Counted from the first letter of the stretch, positions 40,295 to 50,721 are shown. The stretch is 64,000 nucleotides of DNA from Candidatus Micrarchaeia archaeon (GCA_038874215.1 JAVZCV010000001.1:2738-66737), one strand, 5' to 3'. Numbers and translations: made by a program. The notes: generated from the letters alone by a model not told the origin.

Positions 40295-41023
40295 ATGGCT
40301 TTGCAAAACGGTGATTTCGTAGAGATAGAATACACGGCAAAAAAGGCTTCTGATGGTGTCGTTTTTGATACGACAGATGAGGCAAAGGCGAGAAGTGCTG
40401 GGATATATGCAGAGAATACACGGTATGGTCCCTTACTCGTAGTGGTGGGGAAGGGGCATGTTGTAAGCGGGCTTGATGAAGCGCTTGTTGGCATGGAAGT
40501 TGGGCAGGAGAGGAGTGTTGAAGTTCTTCCTGAAAAGGGTTTCGGGAAAAAGGACCCGAAACTCCTCCGCGTTATGTCCCTTAATGAATTCAGAAAGCAG
40601 AGGATAGAACCATATCCTGGCATGCCAGTCACGCTTGATGGTATTTCTGCTGTTGTGAAGAGCGTGAGCGGCGGCAGGGTGATGGTTGACATGAACCATC
40701 CGCTTGCAGGTGAAAAGCTCATTTATGATGTAAAAGTTGTTAGAAAGCTTGAGACAGAGGAGGAGAAGATAAGGGGGCTCCTCTCCTCTGAGAAATTGGA
40801 TGGCGAGATAAAATTTGGGGATGTTGTTACTATAAGTATTAAGAATGCAAAAAATGATGTTTCGTATTTTATAGCGAAGTCAAACTTTCTCCGAAGGCTT
40901 TTTGAGCTTATGGACATGAAGAAGGTTAGAGTAGTTGAGGATTTCGTGAAAGACGAGAAAAAACCGACTGAATCGGAGAATGAAGAAAAGCAAGCTGAAA
41001 CAGAAAAAGAGAAGACGGATTAG
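40295..41023 (+). CDS. slyD: FKBP-type peptidyl-prolyl isomerase (archaeal long SlyD-like)
   Basis: FDTT, GLDEALVGM, PEKGFG, DMNHPLAG. Start MALQNG. Confidence 0.93.
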   Translation: MALQNGDFVEIEYTAKKASDGVVFDTTDEAKARSAGIYAENTRYGPLLVVVGKGHVVSGLDEALVGMEVGQERSVEVLPEKGFGKKDPKLLRVMSLNEFRKQRIEPYPGMPVTLDGISAVVKSVSGGRVMVDMNHPLAGEKLIYDVKVVRKLETEEEKIRGLLSSEKLDGEIKFGDVVTISIKNAKNDVSYFIAKSNFLRRLFELMDMKKVRVVEDFVKDEKKPTESENEEKQAETEKEKTD

Positions 41024-43500
41024 TTAGCAGTTGTTCTTCTTCCCATTGCATTTTTTTGCGCTTTTGCATTCGCAGGGTTGCGCTTGGGATATGGCAAGCG
41101 TTGCGCATTCCTTCTCAATTCCAGCTCCTCGGATGTCAGTGGGCTTACAGAGACGGCGCTTGTGGTTGCGGTTATCTCTTTTCCTCTCGCACCGACTATC
41201 ACCACGCTTTCTCTCGCTTTTATGCTAACATCTCCATCAACATTTTCATCAACATACACGGCGCTTTTTTCCGCATCTATCAGCAACCTGCCCTTCTCGG
41301 TCGGTTTTACGAGGGCTCCTTTCTCCTTATCTATAAACTCCCCCAATAGGTCCGTGTAGTCTGGGCCCATGCTTTCAAGAGCCCTCACTGCTTCAAGCGC
41401 GATATCCGATCCAAGAGGTATATCGTGTTTTTTAAATAGAATGACGATGTTGTTCGCTACATCGAGTTTTCTCTCATCACTTATATATCCTCTTGCACAC
41501 ATTTTTCCGAGAGCGCGGATTGCTGCAGCAACATTCTTCTCGTTTTTCGGCAGTTCGCCGCCATCCTTTGCCTCCCATTCTGCCCCAAGAACAACATCAA
41601 GCAGAGGCGCCCGCGCGTTCTCGCCCATACGAGAGGTAGAGATTGAAAGTAGTGAAAGAATTGTCTCATCACCTTCGTACCCAAGTCGTTTACATGCATC
41701 CTCAGCAACACGTTGGAATCTTTTGCCGAGCATTCCAAGAGCGCCCGCTGCCAGGACGGAGAAAAACTTGCGTTTATCATTGAAAAACTGTATTAGAAAA
41801 TCCATTTCCTGCGGCGTTCCGATTTCTCCCAGAAGAGGAAGCAATTTGTGCGAGCCTGCACTGCGTTGCACTATCTCGTTTCTTATTTCTCTTATGCTGT
41901 ATGGGGCAAGTGTTTTAAGCCCTTCGTATGCCTCCCTATGTACGTAGCGTTTAGAAGGATCAAGAAGCGCAATAATTAGAGGTTTAACCGCCTCAGAATT
42001 TCCACTTGCGCCGAGAGCAATAGCGGCGAATTTTGCAACTTCATGGCTGTATCCGTTTAGTAGTTTTATAAGATTATTCACATCTCTCAACCTGCCGAGG
42101 GCGCTTAGCGCATCTTCCTTATACGCATAGTTATCATCTTCTATTAGTTCAAGTAGTATTGGTATCGCATTTTCAGCGCAGTTAACAAGACCGTCAAATG
42201 CGGCTTGCCTTATCTCGTCGTCATTTGAACGTGTATATTGCAAAATTTCATTCGGTTCTCCTCTAAACGAGCGCAGCTCTTCGATTCCCCTTCTTCTTTT
42301 TTCCCATGGGTCACGGCTTTTAAGCAGAGTGTTTAGATTAACCTTGTCCCCGGTAGCTGCAATCTGAAGTTTTAGGCTATTTGCGTTTTTCCTTTCACTT
42401 TTAGGCGCCCGCCTCAAATCAATTTCACCTCTGCTGAAGCCCTTAGCCCGTGCGTATATGTCATTTATCCTCGGTTGGCTAGCTTCAAGGATCCTCGGTT
42501 GGCTAGCTTCAAGGCGGCAAGCACGGGAGAGATATGCAAGAATGAGTTGCTCTCCAAGAGTTATGTCTATCCCTTTTGTTTTTGCAAGGCGTGCGAGCAT
42601 GACCGTCGCGATTATGGCATCGTGGGAAACTACGGGCGGGACTGGTTCTGCCCTTCTAACCATCAGTATGCCGTCGTCTTTTCTTTTTGTTTTTTTAAAC
42701 GGAAGTGTGAAGGTTTGACCATTTTCGCATAGTGAGAGGTATTCTCTGCTAAAAAGGAAGAAACTGGTTTCAAATTTTTTAGAAAGTGCTTTGATCGCTT
42801 CAACCGCATTTTTGTGGTTCAAGTTACACATTTTTGCGAATTGGATTGCATCGTCTTTCTCTATAAAAACAAGCGCAACCCGACCCTGTAATAATCCTAA
42901 GTTGGTCATTTGGGCTATGTTTATATCGTTGTATTCTGCGTGGTATTCCATTGTTGCGAAGATGGGTGAATTAATCCCATTAGAAGCGTTGGCGATTTGC
43001 GAGGATATCGGTGCGCTCAGGCGCGTGAAAATTGCAGTCGCATTTTTCAATTTTCCAACATGCCCCATAACTTCTTCTAACGATAACTCGTCTCGGGGTG
43101 TGTCAAAACGAGCGTTTTGTTTTCCGCTTATGACAACTCTTGTTATTCCCTTGCCACGTGGTAGAATGAGCTCTATTGCCTTTACGCCTTCCCTTGGTAG
43201 TTTGTGGGCTCTCGCATATAATCCTTCCCGCAGTTCATCGCTTGCCTTTGCCATTAATGTTATATCTATGCTTCCATTGCCTCGCAGGTATGCGAGTGCA
43301 AGAGCTACGCCAGCAGCGCCGCTTATATCCTCTGCACTCCTTCCGCTCATCGTTCCTGTTCCATGTGCCATCGCTGTATCAAAAGCATTAAGACCAACCA
43401 CATCAGGCATGCACACTATCTGGGGGCTTTCATCACTCCTTTGGTGTATGGCCTCTGAGAGTTTGAGGACGGCACTCACGGGGTCTAATACGGTTGGCAT
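41020..43500 (-). CDS. Degenerate PfkB-like domain fused to HEAT repeats
   Basis: N-terminal half aligns by eye to 18651-20288. HEAT-like repeats (IRQAAFDGL, DALSALGRL, AAIALGASG..AVKPLI, AAIRALGK). Basic C-terminal tail. Confidence 0.7.
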   Translation of the reverse strand: MPTVLDPVSAVLKLSEAIHQRSDESPQIVCMPDVVGLNAFDTAMAHGTGTMSGRSAEDISGAAGVALALAYLRGNGSIDITLMAKASDELREGLYARAHKLPREGVKAIELILPRGKGITRVVISGKQNARFDTPRDELSLEEVMGHVGKLKNATAIFTRLSAPISSQIANASNGINSPIFATMEYHAEYNDINIAQMTNLGLLQGRVALVFIEKDDAIQFAKMCNLNHKNAVEAIKALSKKFETSFFLFSREYLSLCENGQTFTLPFKKTKRKDDGILMVRRAEPVPPVVSHDAIIATVMLARLAKTKGIDITLGEQLILAYLSRACRLEASQPRILEASQPRINDIYARAKGFSRGEIDLRRAPKSERKNANSLKLQIAATGDKVNLNTLLKSRDPWEKRRRGIEELRSFRGEPNEILQYTRSNDDEIRQAAFDGLVNCAENAIPILLELIEDDNYAYKEDALSALGRLRDVNNLIKLLNGYSHEVAKFAAIALGASGNSEAVKPLIIALLDPSKRYVHREAYEGLKTLAPYSIREIRNEIVQRSAGSHKLLPLLGEIGTPQEMDFLIQFFNDKRKFFSVLAAGALGMLGKRFQRVAEDACKRLGYEGDETILSLLSISTSRMGENARAPLLDVVLGAEWEAKDGGELPKNEKNVAAAIRALGKMCARGYISDERKLDVANNIVILFKKHDIPLGSDIALEAVRALESMGPDYTDLLGEFIDKEKGALVKPTEKGRLLIDAEKSAVYVDENVDGDVSIKARESVVIVGARGKEITATTSAVSVSPLTSEELELRRNAQRLPYPKRNPANAKAQKNAMGRRTTAN
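42467..42514. repeat. Perfect in-frame 24-bp tandem duplication (LEASQPRI x2)
   Basis: ATCCTCGGTTGGCTAGCTTCAAGG x2. Confidence 0.95.
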
Positions 43501-43590
43501 GAGAACACCAGAATATGTATATTTATTTTAGTTTTTGGGATTTTTATTGGTTTCCCTGAGGGATAGGCGTAAGAAAGCAGTAGAGGGTTG

Positions 43591-44142
43591 TTACTCGGGT
43601 TCGTATCGCGTTGATAGTTCTGCGATTGCAACGTGTTCTAGTTTTGTTTCCTTCTCATCATAGTAGACGTAGATTTTGCCTTTGTAAGTTTCTCCTACGT
43701 TTCCGCTCGTGACTACTTCGGCGCCAGCAGAATCAAGCTCGCAGCACTTCAGCTTCGTTGTATCCGCCAGGATTTCAGCATCGCTTCCGCTTTGTATCGC
43801 TATTCCCGTTCCGCCTATCTCCGCCTCACTTAGGGCGCACTCATCTTTTAGGCCCTCTATGTTTTCTTTTGTAGGCTGGATATCTCTCTGCGTGCAACCG
43901 ATAGCCTTTACCCGTATCGTCTTCCCAGTCAGTTGTCCTATTCGCAGGCTAAGCTCGCCCTCTGTTGTGACTTTATATGATGCACAACTTAAGCCAGGTG
44001 TTCTGAAAGAGCATGCCAGCGGCTGGCTTGGATTTAAAACGCCTATATAAAAGAGAACTGCAATTACTATTATGAGAACCATGACGGCCCAGCCATATGT
44101 GGTTAGATATTCCAAAGCGGCTTGTGCCTTATGAAAACGCAA
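43591..44142 (-). CDS. Class III signal peptide pilin-like protein (paralog of 17954-18499)
   Basis: KAQAALEYLTTYGWAV, CSFRTPGLSC, TTKLKCC, YKGKIYVYY. Confidence 0.88.
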   Translation of the reverse strand: MRFHKAQAALEYLTTYGWAVMVLIIVIAVLFYIGVLNPSQPLACSFRTPGLSCASYKVTTEGELSLRIGQLTGKTIRVKAIGCTQRDIQPTKENIEGLKDECALSEAEIGGTGIAIQSGSDAEILADTTKLKCCELDSAGAEVVTSGNVGETYKGKIYVYYDEKETKLEHVAIAELSTRYEPE

Positions 44143-44228
44143 GTTACCACCCCACTGGTATTAGATTGTAATTATTCAAATCATCAGCCTTTTTTAAACT
44201 TTGCTGATAGGTTTATATAGGTGATCAA

Positions 44229-45833
44229 TTGAGGGGATTGCGCTCCGATAGGGTTAAGGTTGGAATAGAGCGTTTGCCGCACAGGGCGCTTTTCAAAGCG
44301 CTCGGTGTTGTTGACGATGAGCTTAAGCAGCCCTTGGTAGCAATAGTTAATTCATGGAGCGAGGTTGTGCCAGGGCATATACATTTACAAAAGCTTGCAG
44401 ATGCGGCAAAGCTTGGCGTTGCATACGCAGGCGGAACTCCGCTTGAATTCAACACGATAGGTGTTTGCGATGGGATTGCGATGGGCCACACAGGTATGTT
44501 TTACTCTCTCCCAAGCAGGGAGCATATTGCCGATTCTGTTGAAATAATGCTCAACGCCTATCAGTTTGATGCTGCCGTTTTCATACCTTCATGCGATAAG
44601 ATAGTCCCAGGCATGCTCATGGGTGCTGCACGCGTGAACATACCTTCAATTTTCATAACGGGCGGGCCGATGATGCCTGGCTATTTAGGGAGCAAGCCGC
44701 TTGATGTAATAAGCGCTTTTGAGGCTGTTGGGGAATATAAAGCAGGCAGAATAACAAAGGAGGAGTTGCTTTGCGTTGAGGACAACGCATGCCCTGGTGC
44801 GGGCTCTTGCGCTGGGCTTTTCACTGCAAACACGATGGCTTGCATGACTGAAGCGCTTGGTATGTCCCTCCCTGGTTGCGCTACGTGCCATGCTGTTGAT
44901 GCGAGGAAAGTGAGGTATGCGAAGGCATCTGGGGAGCAAGTCGTTCATCTTCTACGTAAAGGAATAACACCGCGGAGAATAATGACGAGGTATGCGTTTG
45001 AAAACGCCATAACGGTTGACATGGCGATAGGCGGCTCTACGAATACAATCCTACACCTTCAGGCGATAGCAGAGGAGGTTGGGGTAAAACTTCCATTGGA
45101 GCTTTTTGATAGGATAAGCAGAAAAACTCCACACCTAATCAACCTCAGGCCTGGTGGGAAGCACACGATGCTTGACTTTGATAGGTATGGGGGCATTCCT
45201 GCGCTTATGCAAGAGCTAAACCTCCACACGAGCGCACTCACGGTTACGGGAAAGACTGTTGGGGAGAACCTGCGCGCATGCCAGATAAAGCCAGATGGGG
45301 AAGTAATAAGGTTTAGAAAAAATGCATATTCAAAGGAAGGGGGAATTGCCGTTTTGAAGGGAACGCTTGGCCCCGAAGGCGCAGTTGTTAAGCAGACTGC
45401 CGTCTCTGAAAGCATGATGCGTTTCGTGGGTAAAGCGCGTGTTTTTGACTCAGAGGAAGAGGCAATGAAGGCAATAATGGATGGAAAAATAGAGAAGGGG
45501 GATGTTTTGGTAATACGCTATGAGGGGCCTTCGTATGGAATGCGTGAGATGCTATCGCCAACATCGGCAATAGTCGGGGCTGGCCTCTCTTCGCATGTCG
45601 CTCTTATAACAGATGGTAGGTTCTCAGGTGGGACGAGAGGCCCGTGCATCGGTCATGTTGCGCCTGAGGCGGCAAAAGGGGGACCGATCGCACTCGTGCA
45701 GGATGGCGATGAGATACTTATAGATATAAAAAGAAGGAAGCTGGACCTGCACGTTCCTGAAAGCGAGCTTGCTAAGCGCTCTCCGAAGATTCCGAGAGAA
45801 CCGCTTCCATTAATAAGGCGCTATTTGGGCTAG
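44229..45833 (+). CDS. ilvD: Dihydroxy-acid dehydratase
   Basis: [45 protein letters not shown]. Confidence 0.97.
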   Translation: MRGLRSDRVKVGIERLPHRALFKALGVVDDELKQPLVAIVNSWSEVVPGHIHLQKLADAAKLGVAYAGGTPLEFNTIGVCDGIAMGHTGMFYSLPSREHIADSVEIMLNAYQFDAAVFIPSCDKIVPGMLMGAARVNIPSIFITGGPMMPGYLGSKPLDVISAFEAVGEYKAGRITKEELLCVEDNACPGAGSCAGLFTANTMACMTEALGMSLPGCATCHAVDARKVRYAKASGEQVVHLLRKGITPRRIMTRYAFENAITVDMAIGGSTNTILHLQAIAEEVGVKLPLELFDRISRKTPHLINLRPGGKHTMLDFDRYGGIPALMQELNLHTSALTVTGKTVGENLRACQIKPDGEVIRFRKNAYSKEGGIAVLKGTLGPEGAVVKQTAVSESMMRFVGKARVFDSEEEAMKAIMDGKIEKGDVLVIRYEGPSYGMREMLSPTSAIVGAGLSSHVALITDGRFSGGTRGPCIGHVAPEAAKGGPIALVQDGDEILIDIKRRKLDLHVPESELAKRSPKIPREPLPLIRRYLG

Positions 45834-45845
45834 CGCCAATTTCCC

Positions 45846-47288
45846 TTATGGGTTTAGCCTTCCCGTCTGTATTACCTGCTGTGTCAACTGCCTGCTTATC
45901 TCCTTGCTTCCTTCCACGTCTGGCTGGTCAAATGGGTTCACGTTCCTGAGAAGAGCCGGATAGACTCCGAAGGCATAGTGAAAGAATGCAAGAAGTTCAC
46001 CAACGCTTTTTTCTGTTATTTCGTTAATTTCCACTGTTATTGTCGGTATGCCGCGATTGCGTGCATCTCCACGTGTTCCTAAATACTCAATTTCAAGAGC
46101 CTGGCCATACGTGAGTTTTTTCATATCGCCAAGCCGTGTCCCAGAGACAGTCAAATTTTCAATTTGTTGTGGCGCTGAAATCGGAACGTCTACATCCCTA
46201 TTTTTAACAACAAAAAACAGGCCAGCCATGTTTCTCTTCCCGCCAAGGAATCGTGTATTCGTGTGATGCTGCGATTCTGGCCCTGTAACGCAGAGTATCG
46301 TCTGGCCTCTTTCGAGTTTCGCAGAACTTTCATGCATGAGTTGCATTATGAGAGTTGCCGCCTCATCAAGCTGATGAGAGTACATGGGCGTAAAAATGGT
46401 ATCTATTTCGTTTTTAATTTCAAGTGCTCGTAAAGTTGCGGCAAGCTGGAGCGCTGGGTTCTCATCAAATGGCGATGTTGGACCCACGCGCTGGTACATT
46501 TCTCTCGCACCCTCGTCAATTTGCTGTATGTCAAGCCCCATCATTCTTGCGGGGAAATATCCGCATGGGGTTCTTCCTGAATAACGCCCACCGATGCCGT
46601 CGGGTATTTCCAGAATATCTGATGCGACACCCATTCTTACTGCAATATCATACAGCGTTCCCTTTCCCCTTGTTGTTATCGGAACGAAGGGGTAGCCATC
46701 TTGTAAAAATGCCATAGAAGTCTGCAGAACGCTTACGGTAGTTCCTGATTTGCTTACAGGAATAATTAGCGTATTTTCTGGTTTACAGTTTCTCTTAACG
46801 TAGGCGATATCAATTGGATCAACAGTATCCAAGAAGTAGGCCTTTCTTTCTCCGCCGATAACACCGAGCGCGCGGTAGAAGAACTTTGAACTCGTTACAG
46901 AGCCACCGTTCCCTATTACAACTATGTTTTCAACATAATCGTATTTGCGTGCCAGTTCTTCAATTCTCTGAAAATCGCTTTTACCCCCTTTTAATTCCAG
47001 CGGACTGTAGAGCTGGAAAATTGGAATTCCATTTTTTACGAAGTTGTCAACCTCCTCGTATCCCTTCGCGCCATGCCCGTCAAATTTGTATCCTGCTGAG
47101 AGCTGTTGGGGTATGAGGCTTATTTCGTTTCGGAGCAGTCGTTTTACCTCCGCAATTGGAATGATGGCGTCGCTCAAATCAACGCGCAGAGATATGCGCC
47201 TTGTTGGGAATTGGATGTGGGAAAACTCGTCTGCGCGTCGTTGGGCGGTTCGCCCTCCTGCTTGTGTTCTTATTGGTTGCAATAACAT
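45846..47288 (-). CDS. pgi: Glucose-6-phosphate isomerase (archaeal type) with N-terminal extension
   Basis: IGNGGS, SKSGTT, GGRYS, QLMHES, GPESQHH, NPFDQPDVEGSK. Confidence 0.88.
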   Translation of the reverse strand: MLLQPIRTQAGGRTAQRRADEFSHIQFPTRRISLRVDLSDAIIPIAEVKRLLRNEISLIPQQLSAGYKFDGHGAKGYEEVDNFVKNGIPIFQLYSPLELKGGKSDFQRIEELARKYDYVENIVVIGNGGSVTSSKFFYRALGVIGGERKAYFLDTVDPIDIAYVKRNCKPENTLIIPVSKSGTTVSVLQTSMAFLQDGYPFVPITTRGKGTLYDIAVRMGVASDILEIPDGIGGRYSGRTPCGYFPARMMGLDIQQIDEGAREMYQRVGPTSPFDENPALQLAATLRALEIKNEIDTIFTPMYSHQLDEAATLIMQLMHESSAKLERGQTILCVTGPESQHHTNTRFLGGKRNMAGLFFVVKNRDVDVPISAPQQIENLTVSGTRLGDMKKLTYGQALEIEYLGTRGDARNRGIPTITVEINEITEKSVGELLAFFHYAFGVYPALLRNVNPFDQPDVEGSKEISRQLTQQVIQTGRLNP

Positions 47289-47412
47289 CCGACCACCCCC
47301 GAATTTATAGAAATTGACAAATTGATGTTTCTATAAATTTTTATAAAGGAGTGGCTTTCGTTTTTGCGCGAGAATGCTGACGTTATTTAAAATTTTCTGC
47401 AGAAGTAGGGTT

Positions 47413-47946
47413 ATGCTTAAAAAAATATCGGGGAGGGTTTACAGGTGCGGCGACAACATAGACACGGATGTGATAATACCCGCACGTTACCTTAACATTA
47501 CAGAGCCGTCAGAGCTTGCTAAGCACGCAATGGAGGACCTGGATACGGATTTTGCAAAGAAGCCGCATGACATAGTTGTTGCGGGCGAAAACTTCGGGTG
47601 CGGTTCTTCTCGGGAGCATGCGCCGATTGCACTGAAAGCGAGTGGCGTGAAGGCGGTTATTGCCAGATCTTTTGCACGCATATTTTTCAGAAATGCGATA
47701 AACATAGGGCTTCCTGTGATAATGTGCGAGATGGCTGGTGAAATAGGAGAGAGCGCTGAGATAGATTTTGAGAGGGGGGAGATAAGAAGCGGGGGGAAGG
47801 TTATTCGGTTCGGAAAATTTGATAGGAGCGTTGAGGAGATAATAAGTGCGGGCGGGCTCGTTGAGATGTTAAAAGCCAAGCTGAAAGGTGGAGAGAAGAA
47901 GGCATGCGCCCGCCAGAATAAGAAGCATTCCCGAAGCACGGACTAA
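47413..47946 (+). CDS. leuD: 3-isopropylmalate dehydratase/homoaconitase small subunit
   Basis: DNIDTDVIIPARYL, NFGCGSSREHAP, SFARIFFRNAINIG. Confidence 0.93.
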   Translation: MLKKISGRVYRCGDNIDTDVIIPARYLNITEPSELAKHAMEDLDTDFAKKPHDIVVAGENFGCGSSREHAPIALKASGVKAVIARSFARIFFRNAINIGLPVIMCEMAGEIGESAEIDFERGEIRSGGKVIRFGKFDRSVEEIISAGGLVEMLKAKLKGGEKKACARQNKKHSRSTD

Positions 47947-48489
47947 GAAGCGGTACCACGCTGTATGAATCGGCTTTTTGCCGAGTTCTATGAAAATGAG
48001 AAAAACGCCCTCTACAAACAGCATGGCAGACCAGAAGCCGAGTGGGAAGAGTGCGGAGCAGAAAAAAGAACAAACCGCATGGGCGTTCAGCATGAACGCT
48101 CCCCCCGCGCTTGCCCAGAGAATATAAACAAAGGGGTTGAGAAGGTGGACTGTGAGGCCTCGCATGAAAGAGCTTTTTGCGTGTTCTATGGGGGGCAATG
48201 CGTCATTCTTTTCCTCGGCTTTTAGCGTTTTGAAACCCAGTTGCATCAGATATAAGGCGCCGATGAAACCGAGAATGGATTGTAATATGCGGGGTGTGGC
48301 TTGAAGAACAAACGCAATAGGGATGATGACGAATAAATCAGCAAATATTTGCGAAAGAATGACTGCAATTCCGGAACGCCAGCCGCGATGGGCTGATTCG
48401 GAAATAAAGAAAAGCAGGCTCGGGCCTGGTGTAGAGACGATGCTAAACCCAACAAAAAAGCCGAGCGTGAAGAAAGTGAGCAAGTGCAT
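47869..48489 (-). CDS. LysE-family amino-acid exporter
   Basis: TPGP, GALYL, GLTVHLLNP..ILW. Start MHLLTFF. Confidence 0.82.
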   Translation of the reverse strand: MHLLTFFTLGFFVGFSIVSTPGPSLLFFISESAHRGWRSGIAVILSQIFADLFVIIPIAFVLQATPRILQSILGFIGALYLMQLGFKTLKAEEKNDALPPIEHAKSSFMRGLTVHLLNPFVYILWASAGGAFMLNAHAVCSFFCSALFPLGFWSAMLFVEGVFLIFIELGKKPIHTAWYRFLVRASGMLLILAGACLLLSTFQLGF

Positions 48490-48554
48490 GTGGCGGATGT
48501 AGGCTATGTAATTTAATAAATCGTACAGTAGAAATTTATGAGCAAGGTGGTCGG

Positions 48555-49814
48555 ATGCCAACGATAACCGAGAAGATACTCTCAGAGGCAAGCGGAGTAG
48601 AGGCGAGAGCGGGCGATATAATAACTGCGAAAATAGACTATTCGCTCGCAAACGATGTGACAGCGCCGCTCGCTATTGACAAGTTTGAGGAGCTGGAAAA
48701 AGCTGGCGCTAAAATATGGGACAGGAACAGGATCGTGATAGTGCTTGACCACTTCACCCCTTCAAAGGATATAAGGACGGCTGAGATATGCAAAAAGGTT
48801 AGAGAATTCGCACGAAAGCATAGGCTTAAGCATTTTTATGAAGGCGGGGAGGCGGGCATAGAGCATGAGCTGCTCGTTGAGAAGGGGATAGCGGCACCTG
48901 GTAGGGTAATCGTAGGCGCTGACTCCCATACATGTACGTATGGAGCAGTCGGCGCTTTTTCAACGGGCATAGGAAGCACTGAAACAGCGGGTGTTTGGGC
49001 AACTGGCGAGCTCTGGTTCCGCGTTCCAGAAAGCATAAAATTCGTATACGAAGGGAAACTTGGGAAGCATGTTTATGGGAAGGATCTCATACTTTACACG
49101 ATAGGGGAGATTGGAGTTAACGGTGCGCTTTACAGGGCGATGGAATTTTCTGGAAGCGTTATAAAAAAACTTTCATTGCCGCAGAGGCTTACTATGGCAA
49201 ACATGGCGGTAGAGGCTGGGGCGAAGAACGGCATAATAGAGGCTGATGAAAAAACGTTCGCATACATCGGCATGAAGCCGAATAAGAACAGCGTTTTCAG
49301 GAGCGATGAGGATGCGGAGTATCTGAAAACATATGAATGGGATGTAGGCGAAATTGAGCCACAGGTTGCATTTCCGCATTTGCCGAGCAACGTCAAACCA
49401 GTCAGCGAAGTTGGTGATATACCAATAGACCAAGCAGTCATAGGCTCATGCACGAACGGAAGGCTTGAAGACTTGGAGGTAGCCGCACGCATACTGAAAG
49501 GCAGGAAAGTAGCACGGGGGGTTAGGCTACTCGTTTTTCCCGCTACTCCGAGAATATATCGCGAGGCTGTTAGGAAGGGCCTTTTTGAGATATTCCTAAA
49601 AGCGGGTGCGGTAATATCGCCACCCACGTGCGGCCCTTGCCTTGGCGGGCATATGGGCATTCTTGCATCTGGCGAGGTTGCGATAAGCACAACGAACAGA
49701 AATTTCGTTGGGAGGATGGGGCATCCAGAAAGCAAGGTTTATCTGGCTTCGCCCGCAACCGTTGCGGCAAGTGCAGTGATGGGAAGGATAGCAGACCCAA
49801 GAGGATTTGGGTGA
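48555..49814 (+). CDS. leuC: 3-isopropylmalate dehydratase/homoaconitase large subunit
   Basis: DSHTCTYG, GSCTNGR, CGPCLGGHMG, TTNRNFVGRMG. Confidence 0.95.
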   Translation: MPTITEKILSEASGVEARAGDIITAKIDYSLANDVTAPLAIDKFEELEKAGAKIWDRNRIVIVLDHFTPSKDIRTAEICKKVREFARKHRLKHFYEGGEAGIEHELLVEKGIAAPGRVIVGADSHTCTYGAVGAFSTGIGSTETAGVWATGELWFRVPESIKFVYEGKLGKHVYGKDLILYTIGEIGVNGALYRAMEFSGSVIKKLSLPQRLTMANMAVEAGAKNGIIEADEKTFAYIGMKPNKNSVFRSDEDAEYLKTYEWDVGEIEPQVAFPHLPSNVKPVSEVGDIPIDQAVIGSCTNGRLEDLEVAARILKGRKVARGVRLLVFPATPRIYREAVRKGLFEIFLKAGAVISPPTCGPCLGGHMGILASGEVAISTTNRNFVGRMGHPESKVYLASPATVAASAVMGRIADPRGFG

Positions 49815-50721
49815 GAGTTTGAGAAGCCCAACCGCATTGCTTTTCGCTCTTTTGATTTTATCCATTTACATTAGCGGATGTACTGGCGGGGAAGATGCGA
49901 TGGATCTCGTACCGGCAACGGCAAAAACAGTTGTTGTTTTCCGCCCCAAAGAGCTCTTAGAAGACCCTTATTTTAGGATGTTTTACAACGCTAAGAGTCG
50001 GATGTCGCTTTCCATAGATATTGAGAATTTTGAGACAGAGAGGGGCATAGATATGGGTAGCGTTGAGAAAGTCATCATTTTCAACGATAGGATAAGGACG
50101 CCTATGAGCGATGCAGACGGTTATGGGGCTACTATAATTAGGGGCGGAATAAATATAGATAGGATAAAGGGGAAAATGGAGGGCAAGGGTCTATTGGGCT
50201 CTGAACAATACGGCTCTTATACGCTATATTTTGTTATGCAGACGTATTTCGCATTCGTAGATGATAACACGGTTGTCGTTGGCTCTAAGGATGCTGTTGT
50301 TGATGTCCTTGATGTTAAAATGCGCAAATCTGTTGGACTAACGAAAACGTCTGTTTATTCGTCTGTTTTTAAGACTATCAACAAGGGTGCGCCGATACAG
50401 GTTTTGGGCTCAGCTGAGAGGCTGGCTGATATCGGTTTGAGCTTGCCTTCCGATGGGCCGAAACATGCTTTTGATTTTTTTGCGATAACTGCAGAAAGAG
50501 AGGGTGGCGATGTGGTTTTCACTTCTCGTGTCTTCTGCCTTTCAGCGCAGGAGTGCTATCGGTCAATCTCGGATTATAGAAATGAGGTTGCGGGCAACAA
50601 CAAATATGCGAGCATAGCGGAGCGTTCCTCTATTAGTATTGATGATGAGGGTATAATCACGGCAACAGTAAGGGCTAATGTTAATGAAGTTTTAGAATAC
50701 CTGAAGCAAGCTCCCACATGA
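49807..50721 (+). CDS. Putative lipoprotein
   Basis: Hydrophobic leader with ISGC lipobox. Confidence 0.7.
   Translation: MGESLRSPTALLFALLILSIYISGCTGGEDAMDLVPATAKTVVVFRPKELLEDPYFRMFYNAKSRMSLSIDIENFETERGIDMGSVEKVIIFNDRIRTPMSDADGYGATIIRGGINIDRIKGKMEGKGLLGSEQYGSYTLYFVMQTYFAFVDDNTVVVGSKDAVVDVLDVKMRKSVGLTKTSVYSSVFKTINKGAPIQVLGSAERLADIGLSLPSDGPKHAFDFFAITAEREGGDVVFTSRVFCLSAQECYRSISDYRNEVAGNNKYASIAERSSISIDDEGIITATVRANVNEVLEYLKQAPT

Noticed and set aside
40240-40722. N-terminal 160 aa of the 565-aa minus-strand ORF
   Set aside because: Antisense to the FKBP gene; the plausible start is 40239.
42791-43531. 246-aa plus-strand ORF
   Set aside because: Antisense shadow of the 826-aa gene.
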